From Planctomycetota bacterium (GTDB taxonomy: Bacteria; Planctomycetota; UBA1135; GCA-002748355), in NCBI GenBank assembly GCA_027021385.1, contig JALUUL010000008.1:87469-151468 (forward strand): 64,000 bases of DNA, given 5' to 3'. Of the stretch, positions 11,201-19,738 are shown in pieces. The notes beneath the pieces are model-generated. The model was not told where the DNA came from and did not search any database. It worked only from the letters and a program-made list of their open reading frames with translations. Every line of letters starts with the position of its first letter. The stretch's first letter is position 1. The position numbers were made by a program, and so were the translations under genes.

Positions 11201-12751
11201 TCAGCGGCCGAACTGCTTTCCTCGATCCCCCCCGAATTGAAAGCGCACCTTTCCCGGGCCGCCCTGGCCGCAGGAAACCGACTCCTCGCTCTCGAACTCT
11301 CCGGCAACCGCGACTCCCTACCCGAGGGAAGGCTCTTCTCTCCGGCTACCTTGAACGGGATTCCGGATCGTCAGGTCTTCCACTCCGCCAGATCGAGTTC
11401 CAGGGATTTCGGACACGCGGCGACAACTCTCGTTTCTCCGCTTTTCGTTCGGGGGTTTCCCTCCAGAACCCCTCCCCCTCTCCTTCTCCTCAGGAACGAC
11501 CGCTTCCGTTTGATGGCCTTCAAGAACATACGGAGTTCCGGCCTTCCTGACCTTCGCAAGTATGACTGGGAGATCGACTACGACCCCGGAGTCCGTGCCC
11601 TCCCTTCCTGGGTCTTCGGAGAGGTCCTCGTCCTTTCGGACCCTGGGAGGGTTCGCGGCCTATCTCTCGCGAACGGTAAGGTTCTCTGGTCCCTAGATCT
11701 GTCCGAAGGGGGCGGCGGTTTCGAGGCCGAGGAGGAGATCCTCCTCGCAAGACCCCTGCGCAGCGGCCTCCTCCTGGTCGTCACCGGATCTCCCGCCTCA
11801 AAGGAGACGAGACCCACGACCCTTCTCGGTCTCGAACCCCTTACAGGGAAACTCCTCTTCCGCCGTGAAATCCCCGCCGCCGCCGGAGTGGGGGTCACGG
11901 ACGGTCGCCTTTTCTTTCTCCGGCCACGCGGAGACCGTGGGGCCCGGACTTCCGAACTCCACCTCTGCGACGGACTCGACGCCCGCAGCCTCAAGGTCCT
12001 GAGCCTCGACGGTCGGCGCCTTCCCCGGCTGATCCCCCCCTCGCCGGATCGTATCGTCCTCGCCTCCGACGGCGTCTACCTCCTGACTCTTCTCCCCGGA
12101 GGTTTCCGCAAGCCCGGACTCTATGCCCTCGACCCGGAGGGGGAGATCCGCTGGGAAATCCATCCTCCTCGACTCGGAGAGAGGGACGGCTTCATTCTCG
12201 TCGGAAAGCAGGTGCAACTGCAGATCGGTTTCCGCTCCATGAGAACGGCTCGGGTCCTCCCCCTCGATCGCACTACCGGGAAAGCCTCGCCGCCCGTCAC
12301 CCTCGGTCGGATGGCATTCCCGGCGGAAGAGAGATCCACTTGGGGACGCATCCCACCCCGTCCTCGAGGTTTCTATGTATGGACCGACTCCGAGGACGCC
12401 GTGCACCTGAGCGCCCTAGGGGGAACCGAAGCCCGGACGTCCTGGGACACCGTCCTCCCCTGGGAATCCTCGGATCTCCGCCGGGACCTCGTTTCCGAAG
12501 GGGCGCTCTTCGGACCGACCTTTCTTCTACTGGGGAAGGAACGCCGCCTCGGCCGACGGAACGAACTCGACCTCCTGGTGCTGGACATGGAGACCGGTTC
12601 GATCCTGGAACGCATGTCACGTTCCTACCGCGCATATGTAAACATCGCACCCTGGCACGGATATCTTGTGATCCACAGCTGGCTCGACACATGGATCCTT
12701 CGAGCCGCGAACGCCCCTGGATCTTCCTTGAAAAGGAAGAAACGACGGTGA
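8273..12751 (+). CDS. Giant (1492 aa) secreted protein with two PQQ/BamB-like beta-propeller regions separated by an alpha-helical TPR-like region
   Basis: ATG 8273 overlaps the upstream stop (ATGA). Hydrophobic N-terminus ACFPFLVLGLLLPASPSPS. Blade-type motifs: LDLLTGRTCWSF, EADSGRLIWSHW, DLESGSLRWKT, LEDGAIRWLRPY, DRGTGKILWEMPF, LANGKVLWSLDL, EPLTGKLLFRREI, DPEGEIRWEIH, DMETGSILERM. Confidence 0.7.
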   Translation: MMLRSQELRSPVFPGSGSGACFPFLVLGLLLPASPSPSQNRALFSVAQDEGRSRRYAEAKRLLDHGKYASAIGLLREVLESSSSAVTRSPDGGYLGLRYLARETLARLPGEAASIYEDLAKGTAKLLLPDALIAPEGGSFQRLRESYPGTRAAETALAAGGLRYLEQGRVVRAWHLFSSLSSLYRSPSGESGRLICRRLLSLPLPSRSLGPDMELPFAGRNRPLRSVLRALSSTSPLPLPASGVLGGGIEGSHPSPAPLEPVTTAWSRKIPTLTFFNWNILPVTDGKRVYLNTGTGIHCLDLLTGRTCWSFQGPLHEEPSSGDFLASISPHQIQVVGFGKGLVVASIQVPKIPDIAKENTEFNGIPVMRRLPVRRLFAFEADSGRLIWSHWDPEKDPPKGFEDAVMDVSGPPLVVGDTVYVPTHKQLGTIAFYVSAFDLESGSLRWKTLICSSQVEVNMFGNAYWEHAASPLACSDGFLFGTTNLGLAFSLSLEDGAIRWLRPYEIIPLPPAQMIPQAREVYWGNNPPIAHGETVVMTPLDSVNALCFDRGTGKILWEMPFLVPDSQLGRSYPMKWMLGIRESRLWFSGDGLASLALEGTRRFQRRARLVSSASRLGIRQIEDRSRMPRGILTSRGALLPTATVGILSLDVEGKIRPGSPSLRNQTGNLCSSRGILVTVQPLSQSHRILVKGLYSFKALIDRARNKVRKHPGSPEFHLELAELIASRPDTSPAIEQQALAGYRKALLLWKRRGTSSTRPNFQRAILGLFRLELRIGRRLQRIDLRAASGHLWEAYEASRKLTPDSSKLEEILDLHELLLRSSLSAERKEEILRSLRDRFPDTIHDFQGFGPIPAGLYAAWLRMKGIPETRSAARGLATLLQEILEKWGGITMRTGKVRDLVLVRLQDLIRKFGPEVYAHIERRARKLLDASKDDPAALRSILRSFPLTKTAKEALLSLASLSARNGDFAAVLDAYGSAAELLSSIPPELKAHLSRAALAAGNRLLALELSGNRDSLPEGRLFSPATLNGIPDRQVFHSARSSSRDFGHAATTLVSPLFVRGFPSRTPPPLLLLRNDRFRLMAFKNIRSSGLPDLRKYDWEIDYDPGVRALPSWVFGEVLVLSDPGRVRGLSLANGKVLWSLDLSEGGGGFEAEEEILLARPLRSGLLLVVTGSPASKETRPTTLLGLEPLTGKLLFRREIPAAAGVGVTDGRLFFLRPRGDRGARTSELHLCDGLDARSLKVLSLDGRRLPRLIPPSPDRIVLASDGVYLLTLLPGGFRKPGLYALDPEGEIRWEIHPPRLGERDGFILVGKQVQLQIGFRSMRTARVLPLDRTTGKASPPVTLGRMAFPAEERSTWGRIPPRPRGFYVWTDSEDAVHLSALGGTEARTSWDTVLPWESSDLRRDLVSEGALFGPTFLLLGKERRLGRRNELDLLVLDMETGSILERMSRSYRAYVNIAPWHGYLVIHSWLDTWILRAANAPGSSLKRKKRR

Positions 12752-12753
12752 AC

Positions 12754-13899
12754 ATGTCTCCGCTCTCGACCGTGGTCCTTGGCGCCGCCCTCCTCTCCGG
12801 GAGTTTCTTCCGGGCTCAATCGCCCGAGGAACCGCCGGAGCAGGACCGGAGGCCCCCGGAAGGGGGATGGGAGATTACCGAGGAACTCGAGGATGCGACC
12901 AGGGCGGGGCTCGCTTATCTCGCGAGGACGCAGGACCCCGAGGGGTTCTGGCGCGGGGATGTCGGCTACAAGATCAACTCCAGTTACAGCCCGACAGCCG
13001 AGAACGCCGCGCACGTCGGGGTGACGGCGCTTGCGACCATCGCCTTCTTCGCCTGCGGGGAGGTACCCCGCAAAGGACGGTACGGCAAGGTCGTGGACCG
13101 CGCCGTGGCCTGGCTGACTCGACAGGTTGAGGAGAACGGTTACATCACTACGAACGGAACGAGGATGTACAGCCACGCCTTCGCCACCCTGTGTCTGGCC
13201 GAAGTCTACGGAATGACGACGAGCGACGAGGTCCGGTCGGCCCTCCAGAGGTCCGTGGACATGATCATCCAGAGCCAGAACCAGGAGGGGGGGTGGAGAT
13301 ACAAGCCTTTCGCCCAGGAATCCGACATGTCGATCACGGTTTGCCAGGTCGTGGCCCTGAGGGCGGCTTGGAACTCCGGAATCCATGTCCCCAAGAAGGC
13401 CATCGACGCGGCCGTGGCCTATGTCCGCAGGAGCGCCACCCCACCGGGGGTCCGCAGGATCCACCCCAGGTGGCGTTTCGGCCCGGGGGGGAGCAGCGGC
13501 GTCTTTCGTTACCAGCAGGGACGCGAGGCCCGGGCGACCTTTCCCCTCACGGCCGCAGGGGCCACAACCCTATACGGTGCGGGAATCTACAGGGATCCCC
13601 TCCTGAAGCGCGCCCTGAGCTTCATGGAGAGGACTTTCGATTCGTACAACCGCTATTGGGGAAAGAGGAGACACTACTTCTTCTACTATGGAAATTACTA
13701 TGCCGTCCAGGCCTTCTTCATCGCCGGCGGCCGCCGTTGGGCCCGCTATTTCCGGCAGGTTCGCGAACTCCTCCTGGAGATGCAAAACCCCGACGGAAGC
13801 TGGGACTGCAACATCGGTCCGGGCCCCAATTTCGGTACGGCGGTCGCCACGCTGATCCTCGCTGTTCCCTTCCGTTACCTCCCGATCGTGCAACGTTGA
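12754..13899 (+). CDS. Secreted prenyltransferase/squalene-oxidase-repeat (alpha/alpha-toroid, QW motif) protein, copy 1
   Basis: ATG 12754 lies 3 nt after the upstream stop. Signal peptide MSPLSTVVLGAALLSGSFFRAQ. QW-type repeats QDPEGFWRGD, QNQEGGWRY, QNPDGSWD. The first 138 codons of tracked ORF 12340..13899 overlap the upstream gene and are rejected. Confidence 0.8.
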   Translation: MSPLSTVVLGAALLSGSFFRAQSPEEPPEQDRRPPEGGWEITEELEDATRAGLAYLARTQDPEGFWRGDVGYKINSSYSPTAENAAHVGVTALATIAFFACGEVPRKGRYGKVVDRAVAWLTRQVEENGYITTNGTRMYSHAFATLCLAEVYGMTTSDEVRSALQRSVDMIIQSQNQEGGWRYKPFAQESDMSITVCQVVALRAAWNSGIHVPKKAIDAAVAYVRRSATPPGVRRIHPRWRFGPGGSSGVFRYQQGREARATFPLTAAGATTLYGAGIYRDPLLKRALSFMERTFDSYNRYWGKRRHYFFYYGNYYAVQAFFIAGGRRWARYFRQVRELLLEMQNPDGSWDCNIGPGPNFGTAVATLILAVPFRYLPIVQR

Positions 13900-13900
13900 C

Positions 13901-16243
13901 GTGACCTCACCCCCCTTCGATCCCCGGCCTCCCCGATTGACTCCGATTCTCGACGGTTGGAGGCGCAGGATCCGTCTCCATCTCGCCCTCCACGGAGCGG
14001 GTTGGTTTCTCGGGGGGGCAACCTCCATTCTCCTCCTTCACTTCCTTCTCGATCGGACCCTAGACCTTCCTTCCGCCTTCCGGATCCTTCTTCTTACGGG
14101 AATCCTCCTCCTCTTCGCTCTCCTCGCACTCCGGGGACTCGTCCATCCCCTGCGCAGACCCTTCGCCCCGAGAGACCTCGCCCTCCTGATCGAAAAGCGG
14201 TATCCAGAGTTGAAGCAGGTCCTCGTGACCGCGGTCGAAGGAGAAGGAACCCACAGGCCGCCGGGTTCCGCCCTTCTCTGGAACCGGGTCCTCGAGGAAG
14301 GCGCGGAGCGATTGGCCCACATCGACCTCGGGAATTTGATTTCCAGACGGCCTCTCCTTCAGGCCTGGGGGGTCGCCCTGCTCACGATCCTCTCCTTTTC
14401 GGCCGTCATGTACGGGAATCCCCCCGTTTCCCGGGTATGGCTCCATCGTCTCTTCGGAGGAGCGGATTCGTATCCCCGCAGGACCTTCCTCAAGATCGCC
14501 GTCCCGCCCGGCGCCGGCAACTACAAGGTCTTTTCGGTCCCCGGCGGAGGCGGGAGAATCCTGCTCGCCAAGGGGACGGACCTTCCTGTCCAGGTCGAGG
14601 TCGAGGGCGAAGTCCCCGACCGCGTCCACCTCGAGATCCTCACGGCCTCTTCGACGGAATCGGTCGAAATGCCCAGGCGTGGCATGCGCAGGTTCCGCAC
14701 GCTTTTCCCCCATGTCCTGCATGGTTTCGAGTTCCGGGCTCTTGGAGGCGACGACCCGGGCACCCCCCGGTTCCGTGTCGAGGTCCTCGAAGCCCCGGCG
14801 GCCCTTGGCCTCCGGACTCGGACCCTCCCTCCGGCATACGCCGAACTACCGCCGAAGGACCAGGAGGGGGGCCTGGTCGAGGCTCTTCCCGGAAGTCGGG
14901 TGAGGGTCCTGTTCCGTGTTTCCGAACCCGTTTCCGAAGCGGTCCTCCACTTCGAGGAATCCGGAAAGGAGATCGTCGCCACCCTCCTCGGGCCCGGGAA
15001 ACACGGGGATTACCCCTTTCCCCCGGGGGATCGCGCTCCGGACGGACTCTACTATGGAGCCGAATTCGCAATGCCGGCGAAACCGGACCGCTACCGAATC
15101 CGACTCGTCAGCCGTTCCGGACTCCGGGAACGATTCCCGGAAAATCACGCCCTGATTCCCCTGCGCGATCGTCCGCCTCGAATCCGCCTCTTCTCGCCCG
15201 GCGCCGGAATGGACGCCTTCCTTCCCGGAATCCGTCTTCCGCTCAGGTTCTCGGTGACCGACGACTACGGAGTCCGCACCGTCTCCTGGGCCGCAGGACT
15301 CGGAGGGAAGGTCGAAGGAAACGAACGCCGCTTCGACCTTCCCGGAACCCGTCCCTCCGCGCGCAAACGGTTCGGCCTTCTCGTCTTCCTCCGAATGGGC
15401 CGTTTCCTCCCCGAAGGGACCCGCAAACCGCGGGAGGGGGACCGGATCACGATCCGGCTCTCGGCACGCGATTCGAAGGGCAAGGAAGGGCAGGCGAGCC
15501 CTCCGGTCGAGTTCCGGTTGGATCTCGTGAACCGGGAGGAGCTCCTCCGCCGACTTCAGGACCGGATGCGATCCATCCGGAATCTCGTCGAGCGTTCCCT
15601 GGAGATCACGAAGGAACAACACGGGAAGACCTCCCTACTCCAGGGGGAACTCGCCGAGGGGGGGGCGGGTCTCCATTCCCGGTCGGCCCTGGCTTCCCTC
15701 GAGGCGGGGATCGAACGGACGGCGACGAACCTGATCCGGATGCGGGACGCCCTGGCCCTCGTCACCGAATCCCACCTGGTCAACGGACTCGATCGGTCTC
15801 CGGGGATGAAGGATCTCCTCGAACGCTTCGAGGACTGGTATCGGAACCATCCGACCTCCCCCCCCGCCGATCCTTCCCTCTACGCGAGGATCCAGGAGGA
15901 TCGCAGGGAAGGGAAGATCGGCAATCTGGATCTTCTGGGCCGCCTTGGCGACATGTTCGAAATCGCCCACACCCTGGCCACGACGGAACTCGCCGTTCAA
16001 CGCAGGGCCTGGAACGCCGCAAGATCCTCCGACTCCCCGAAGGAACGCCTCCCCCCCCTGGAGGTTCTCCTCGAGTCCCAGGTCAGGACGGAGGAGGGGT
16101 TGTCCCACCTGCTCGTCATGCTCGAAGATTGGAACGACTACCAGGACCTTGTGCGGATGACCCGTCGTCTTCGCGACGCGCAGAGAGCGCTCACCGAAAG
16201 GATCAAGTCCTCGAAACGAGGTCCCGAAAAAAACGGGAAATGA
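13901..16243 (+). CDS. Two-TM membrane protein with large extracytoplasmic region (DUF4175-like architecture; tentative)
   Basis: Start lies 2 nt after the upstream stop. TM helices GAGWFLGGATSILLLHFLL and ILLLTGILLLFALLALRGL, then about 700 aa with a helical E/R-rich C-terminus. The alternative frame 13957..16287 is R/P/S junk. Confidence 0.65.
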   Translation: MTSPPFDPRPPRLTPILDGWRRRIRLHLALHGAGWFLGGATSILLLHFLLDRTLDLPSAFRILLLTGILLLFALLALRGLVHPLRRPFAPRDLALLIEKRYPELKQVLVTAVEGEGTHRPPGSALLWNRVLEEGAERLAHIDLGNLISRRPLLQAWGVALLTILSFSAVMYGNPPVSRVWLHRLFGGADSYPRRTFLKIAVPPGAGNYKVFSVPGGGGRILLAKGTDLPVQVEVEGEVPDRVHLEILTASSTESVEMPRRGMRRFRTLFPHVLHGFEFRALGGDDPGTPRFRVEVLEAPAALGLRTRTLPPAYAELPPKDQEGGLVEALPGSRVRVLFRVSEPVSEAVLHFEESGKEIVATLLGPGKHGDYPFPPGDRAPDGLYYGAEFAMPAKPDRYRIRLVSRSGLRERFPENHALIPLRDRPPRIRLFSPGAGMDAFLPGIRLPLRFSVTDDYGVRTVSWAAGLGGKVEGNERRFDLPGTRPSARKRFGLLVFLRMGRFLPEGTRKPREGDRITIRLSARDSKGKEGQASPPVEFRLDLVNREELLRRLQDRMRSIRNLVERSLEITKEQHGKTSLLQGELAEGGAGLHSRSALASLEAGIERTATNLIRMRDALALVTESHLVNGLDRSPGMKDLLERFEDWYRNHPTSPPADPSLYARIQEDRREGKIGNLDLLGRLGDMFEIAHTLATTELAVQRRAWNAARSSDSPKERLPPLEVLLESQVRTEEGLSHLLVMLEDWNDYQDLVRMTRRLRDAQRALTERIKSSKRGPEKNGK

Positions 16244-16253
16244 GGAGTCCTCG

Positions 16254-19040
16254 ATGCTCGGAATCCTGCTCTTCCCCCTGCTCTTGATCCCGGCTTCCGG
16301 GATCTTGGGTCCCGCGGAGTTCGCCCCTTCCCCTCAGGGCCAGAACGCCGCCCACGAACAGGAAGCCCTCGTGCGGCGCGCGGAACGTCTCCGCACCCAA
16401 ATGGAGCGGCTGCTCGACCGGTACGCGAAGGAAGGACGAAAGGACCGCATCGTCCTGCTCCGGGAGGCGAAGAAGTATTTCGAATCCAGCAAGCTTCTCC
16501 GGAAGTTGAACGAGGCCTCCCTCGCCCTTGAGGGCGGACAACGCCAGCGAGCCTTGCAGACCCAGAGGGAAGTCCTCGCCGATTTCGAGAAGCTCATCGC
16601 GATCCTTCTGGATCGTCGGTCAGTCGAAGACCTGGAAAAGGATTCCCGCGAGGTCGAACGCCGACTCGCCGAACTCCGGGCGATGAAGGCCCGGCAGAAC
16701 GAACTGAAACAGCGTCTTTCCCGGATCCGGCAGGCCGCCGCCACCGAAGCCGAGAAGGCCCTGACCGAGGGTCTTCGGAAGCTCTCGATCGAACAGCTCG
16801 GACTCGCAAGGGAATCCGCGGCGCGGGCTTCTTCCTCCCTCCAGGCCCTTCGGAAACGAATCGGATCCTTGGGAAGGATCCTGGAGGAAGCCAAGGAGCT
16901 CGGGAAGCATCTCGAGACCCCGCCGCCTCCCGGCGCGAGGACCGATTCGATCACCTCCCTGTCCAACGAGGCCGAGACCCTCCTGCAACGACTCGAAGAC
17001 CTGAAGGCCTTGACGAAAGTCGGGGATTTCCTCGCCGGTTCCTCCAAGGAGCGGGATCGAACGAAGCCCCGCCTGGACCCGGAGGAAACGAGGAACCTTC
17101 TCCGGGTCCTGAAGAAGGGCGAATCGGTTCTCCGAAAGCTCCAGGGAGATCGATCCGGAGGGATTCTCGAGGAGGCGCGGAAAGGTCTAGCCGATCTACG
17201 ACTCGATCTCGCCAAGGGGAGCCCGATGAGGGAGGGGGGCGAGGCTGCGATCCGGAGCCTCGAACGCGCGATCCGGGAAGCCGGCAGGTCTTCCCGGAAG
17301 GAAGCGAAGAGGCTCTCGGACAAGGCGCGCGATCTCTCGGCGACCTTTGCGAAGGGTTCCCGGGAATCCCGCGCTCTCAAACATGCGGACGAGGAACTGA
17401 AGAAGGCCTCCGAGCCCTCCCCGGAAGGAGAGCGCTCCTCCCTCGAACGCTCCGAATCCGCGGTCCAGCGGGCCCTGCGTCACCTTTACGAGGCCCGTGT
17501 CGCAAGCGGAAGGAAGAACACCCCTCTTTCCGCGAGAGCTTCCGGCCTCGCCAAGCGCATCGAGGAGGAACTTCGTTCCCTGGAGCGGAATCCCTCCCCT
17601 CCGCCAAGCGGCGTCTCCGAGACCCTGAGGAAGGCCGCGTCCCACCTGAAGAAAGCGGCGGGGGATTCCCGGGCCCTTCCCGCGGATCTCGCAAACGGAA
17701 TCCAGGCCATCGAAAACGCCAGGAAACGGTTGCAGGACGAAGCTTCTTCCCAAGCTTCCCGGAATGCGGAGCGGGCTGCGGAGGCGGCCTCCGGCCAGAA
17801 AAACCTTCGAAAACGAACCGAACAGACCCTTCGGGCCCTCGCCCGGGCATCCAAGGAAGGGCGAATCAATCCGAACCAGGAACGGGCGGTCCGGGATCGG
17901 GTCACGAAAGCCCTGAAAGCTATGAGGAACGCGGAGAAGAATCTCGCGGAGGGCTTCATGGGGGGAGCCGCGAAGGCGCAGACCCGGGCTTCGAATGAAC
18001 TGGAACGCGCGGCCCGCGCCCTGGAGAGGGAACGGAGCCTGCGACCGGACCAGAAGCGTGAATGGAACCGTCTCGCCGAAGCCCAGGAACGTCTCGCACG
18101 GGAGATCCTGGAACTCGCGCGTCGGATCGACCCCAAGAAGAACCCCGAAGCGCGCAGGGCCCTCGATCGAGCCAGGTCCGCCGCCTCCAAGGCGAACCAG
18201 GAGATGCGGGAGGACAGGCCCCGGGAGGCGGAACAGGCCCAGGCGGAGGCCGAGCGAAAGCTCGATGAGGCGGAGAAGCACCTGAAGAAGGAGCGGGATC
18301 GTTATTGGCGCCTCCGCCAGGAGGAACTCCTGTTCCGGATCAAGGATGAGGTCGCCTCCCTGATCCTCAAGCAAAGGGAGATCAATCGGAAAACTCTGGA
18401 TGTCTCCGCGGAACGAGGAGACAGTGTGCGGATTCCCCGAAGGCTCCGTTCCAGGCTTCGCGCTCTCAGTCGAGCCGAGAACGAACTCGCCGGGAGAGCC
18501 CGTTTCCTGGCGGACAACCTCGAAAAGGAGCGGACGATCGTCTTCACCTACGTCCTTCGTTCCATCGTGGAGGACCTGGAACTTGTCGGCAAGTTCCTCG
18601 GAAGACGCAGGCCCCAGTTGGATCGTTTCGTCCTGGGTCTCCAGCGGGAGATCCTCGAGAGGATGAAAATGATGAAGGCCAGCCTCGAGGAGGAGATTCG
18701 ACGCTCCAAGGAAGAACGGAAGGATCCGCAGCGTCCAAAAGCGCCGGAGAACACGAACGAGGGAGATTCCAAACCGAGGCTCGTCCCCGATGACGCCGAA
18801 CTCAAGATGCTCAAGCGATTGGAGGAGGACACGAAGGCGAGAATCCAGGTTCTCCTGAGCTTGATCGAATCCTCCCCGTCCCTGGAACTCGATCTCCGGA
18901 ACAGCATCGAACGCCTCGCCTTGCGGCACGCGAAGGTCTCCGACCTCTTCCGGCGCTTTCTCGAATCCCGCGGAATCCCGGGATCCGAGAGCGGAGGAGA
19001 GAAGGACGAGGATTCGGCGAAGGAGAAAAAGAGAAAATGA
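16254..19040 (+). CDS. Secreted 928-aa E/R/K/A-rich coiled-coil protein
   Basis: Signal-like MLGILLFPLLLIPASGILGPAEF. Long heptad-like charged helices throughout. Antisense ORFs are S/R-rich junk. Start lies 11 nt after the upstream stop. Confidence 0.65.
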   Translation: MLGILLFPLLLIPASGILGPAEFAPSPQGQNAAHEQEALVRRAERLRTQMERLLDRYAKEGRKDRIVLLREAKKYFESSKLLRKLNEASLALEGGQRQRALQTQREVLADFEKLIAILLDRRSVEDLEKDSREVERRLAELRAMKARQNELKQRLSRIRQAAATEAEKALTEGLRKLSIEQLGLARESAARASSSLQALRKRIGSLGRILEEAKELGKHLETPPPPGARTDSITSLSNEAETLLQRLEDLKALTKVGDFLAGSSKERDRTKPRLDPEETRNLLRVLKKGESVLRKLQGDRSGGILEEARKGLADLRLDLAKGSPMREGGEAAIRSLERAIREAGRSSRKEAKRLSDKARDLSATFAKGSRESRALKHADEELKKASEPSPEGERSSLERSESAVQRALRHLYEARVASGRKNTPLSARASGLAKRIEEELRSLERNPSPPPSGVSETLRKAASHLKKAAGDSRALPADLANGIQAIENARKRLQDEASSQASRNAERAAEAASGQKNLRKRTEQTLRALARASKEGRINPNQERAVRDRVTKALKAMRNAEKNLAEGFMGGAAKAQTRASNELERAARALERERSLRPDQKREWNRLAEAQERLAREILELARRIDPKKNPEARRALDRARSAASKANQEMREDRPREAEQAQAEAERKLDEAEKHLKKERDRYWRLRQEELLFRIKDEVASLILKQREINRKTLDVSAERGDSVRIPRRLRSRLRALSRAENELAGRARFLADNLEKERTIVFTYVLRSIVEDLELVGKFLGRRRPQLDRFVLGLQREILERMKMMKASLEEEIRRSKEERKDPQRPKAPENTNEGDSKPRLVPDDAELKMLKRLEEDTKARIQVLLSLIESSPSLELDLRNSIERLALRHAKVSDLFRRFLESRGIPGSESGGEKDEDSAKEKKRK

Positions 19041-19738
19041 TGAAGTTCGGACTCCCTTCGACTCTCGGCTTCACTCCCCTTCTTCTGACCGCCTTCCTCC
19101 TCGGATTCCCATCCGGTGCCCGGGGGCAGGAGGATGGAAGGGTCAAGAAGATCCTCGATCGAATCACCTCGGAAATGAAGAGGATCGACGAACTCCTTCA
19201 GAAGGCCACGGCCACGGCGTCGAGGTCCGGAAGGAATTCCGGATCCGCGAAGGATTCCTCCCGAATCGGGATCTCCGAGACGAAGAAGATCCTCGAATCG
19301 ACGACGAAAAGCAATGAACGGGTCATCCGTTACATCGACGAACTCCTGAAGATAGCTAGCCGTAAAAAAAACCGGGGTTCCTCCTGCGAAAATCCCGGCG
19401 GGAGCAAGGACTCCTCCTCCTCGCCCTCGAAGAAACGTCCTTCGGATCGCCCGGACGACAGGGAGGGCGTATCGCCCCGTAATATGAGCAAGAAGGAGGG
19501 GGATCCCCGTTCCGCTGCGACCGACCCGAAAACCGCGAAACAACGGAAGCAAGGGGTTCGAAAACCCGAGGATCCCACCGGTCCGGCTTCGAAACGCAAA
19601 GGCGCGGGACGGTGGGGAGACCTTCCCGCCTACCTGAAGTTCCTGTTCCAGCGCGGCGGAGCCCCAAAAATCCCTTCGAAATACCGCCGTTTCGCCGAGG
19701 AGTTCTTCAAGAAGGTGGACCGCGCGAAAAAACGCTGA
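19037..19738 (+). CDS. Small secreted K/S-rich protein (233 aa)
   Basis: ATGATG start overlaps the upstream stop (ATGA). Signal peptide MMKFGLPSTLGFTPLLLTAFLLGFPSGARGQ. C-terminal WGDLPAYLKFLFQRGG...YRRFAEEFFKKV. Locally lower GC. Confidence 0.55.
   Translation: MMKFGLPSTLGFTPLLLTAFLLGFPSGARGQEDGRVKKILDRITSEMKRIDELLQKATATASRSGRNSGSAKDSSRIGISETKKILESTTKSNERVIRYIDELLKIASRKKNRGSSCENPGGSKDSSSSPSKKRPSDRPDDREGVSPRNMSKKEGDPRSAATDPKTAKQRKQGVRKPEDPTGPASKRKGAGRWGDLPAYLKFLFQRGGAPKIPSKYRRFAEEFFKKVDRAKKR

Noticed and set aside
13957-16287. Alternative + frame (776 aa) over the DUF4175-like gene
   Set aside because: Its sequence is P/R/S-rich junk. The frame at 13901 has TM helices and abuts the upstream stop.
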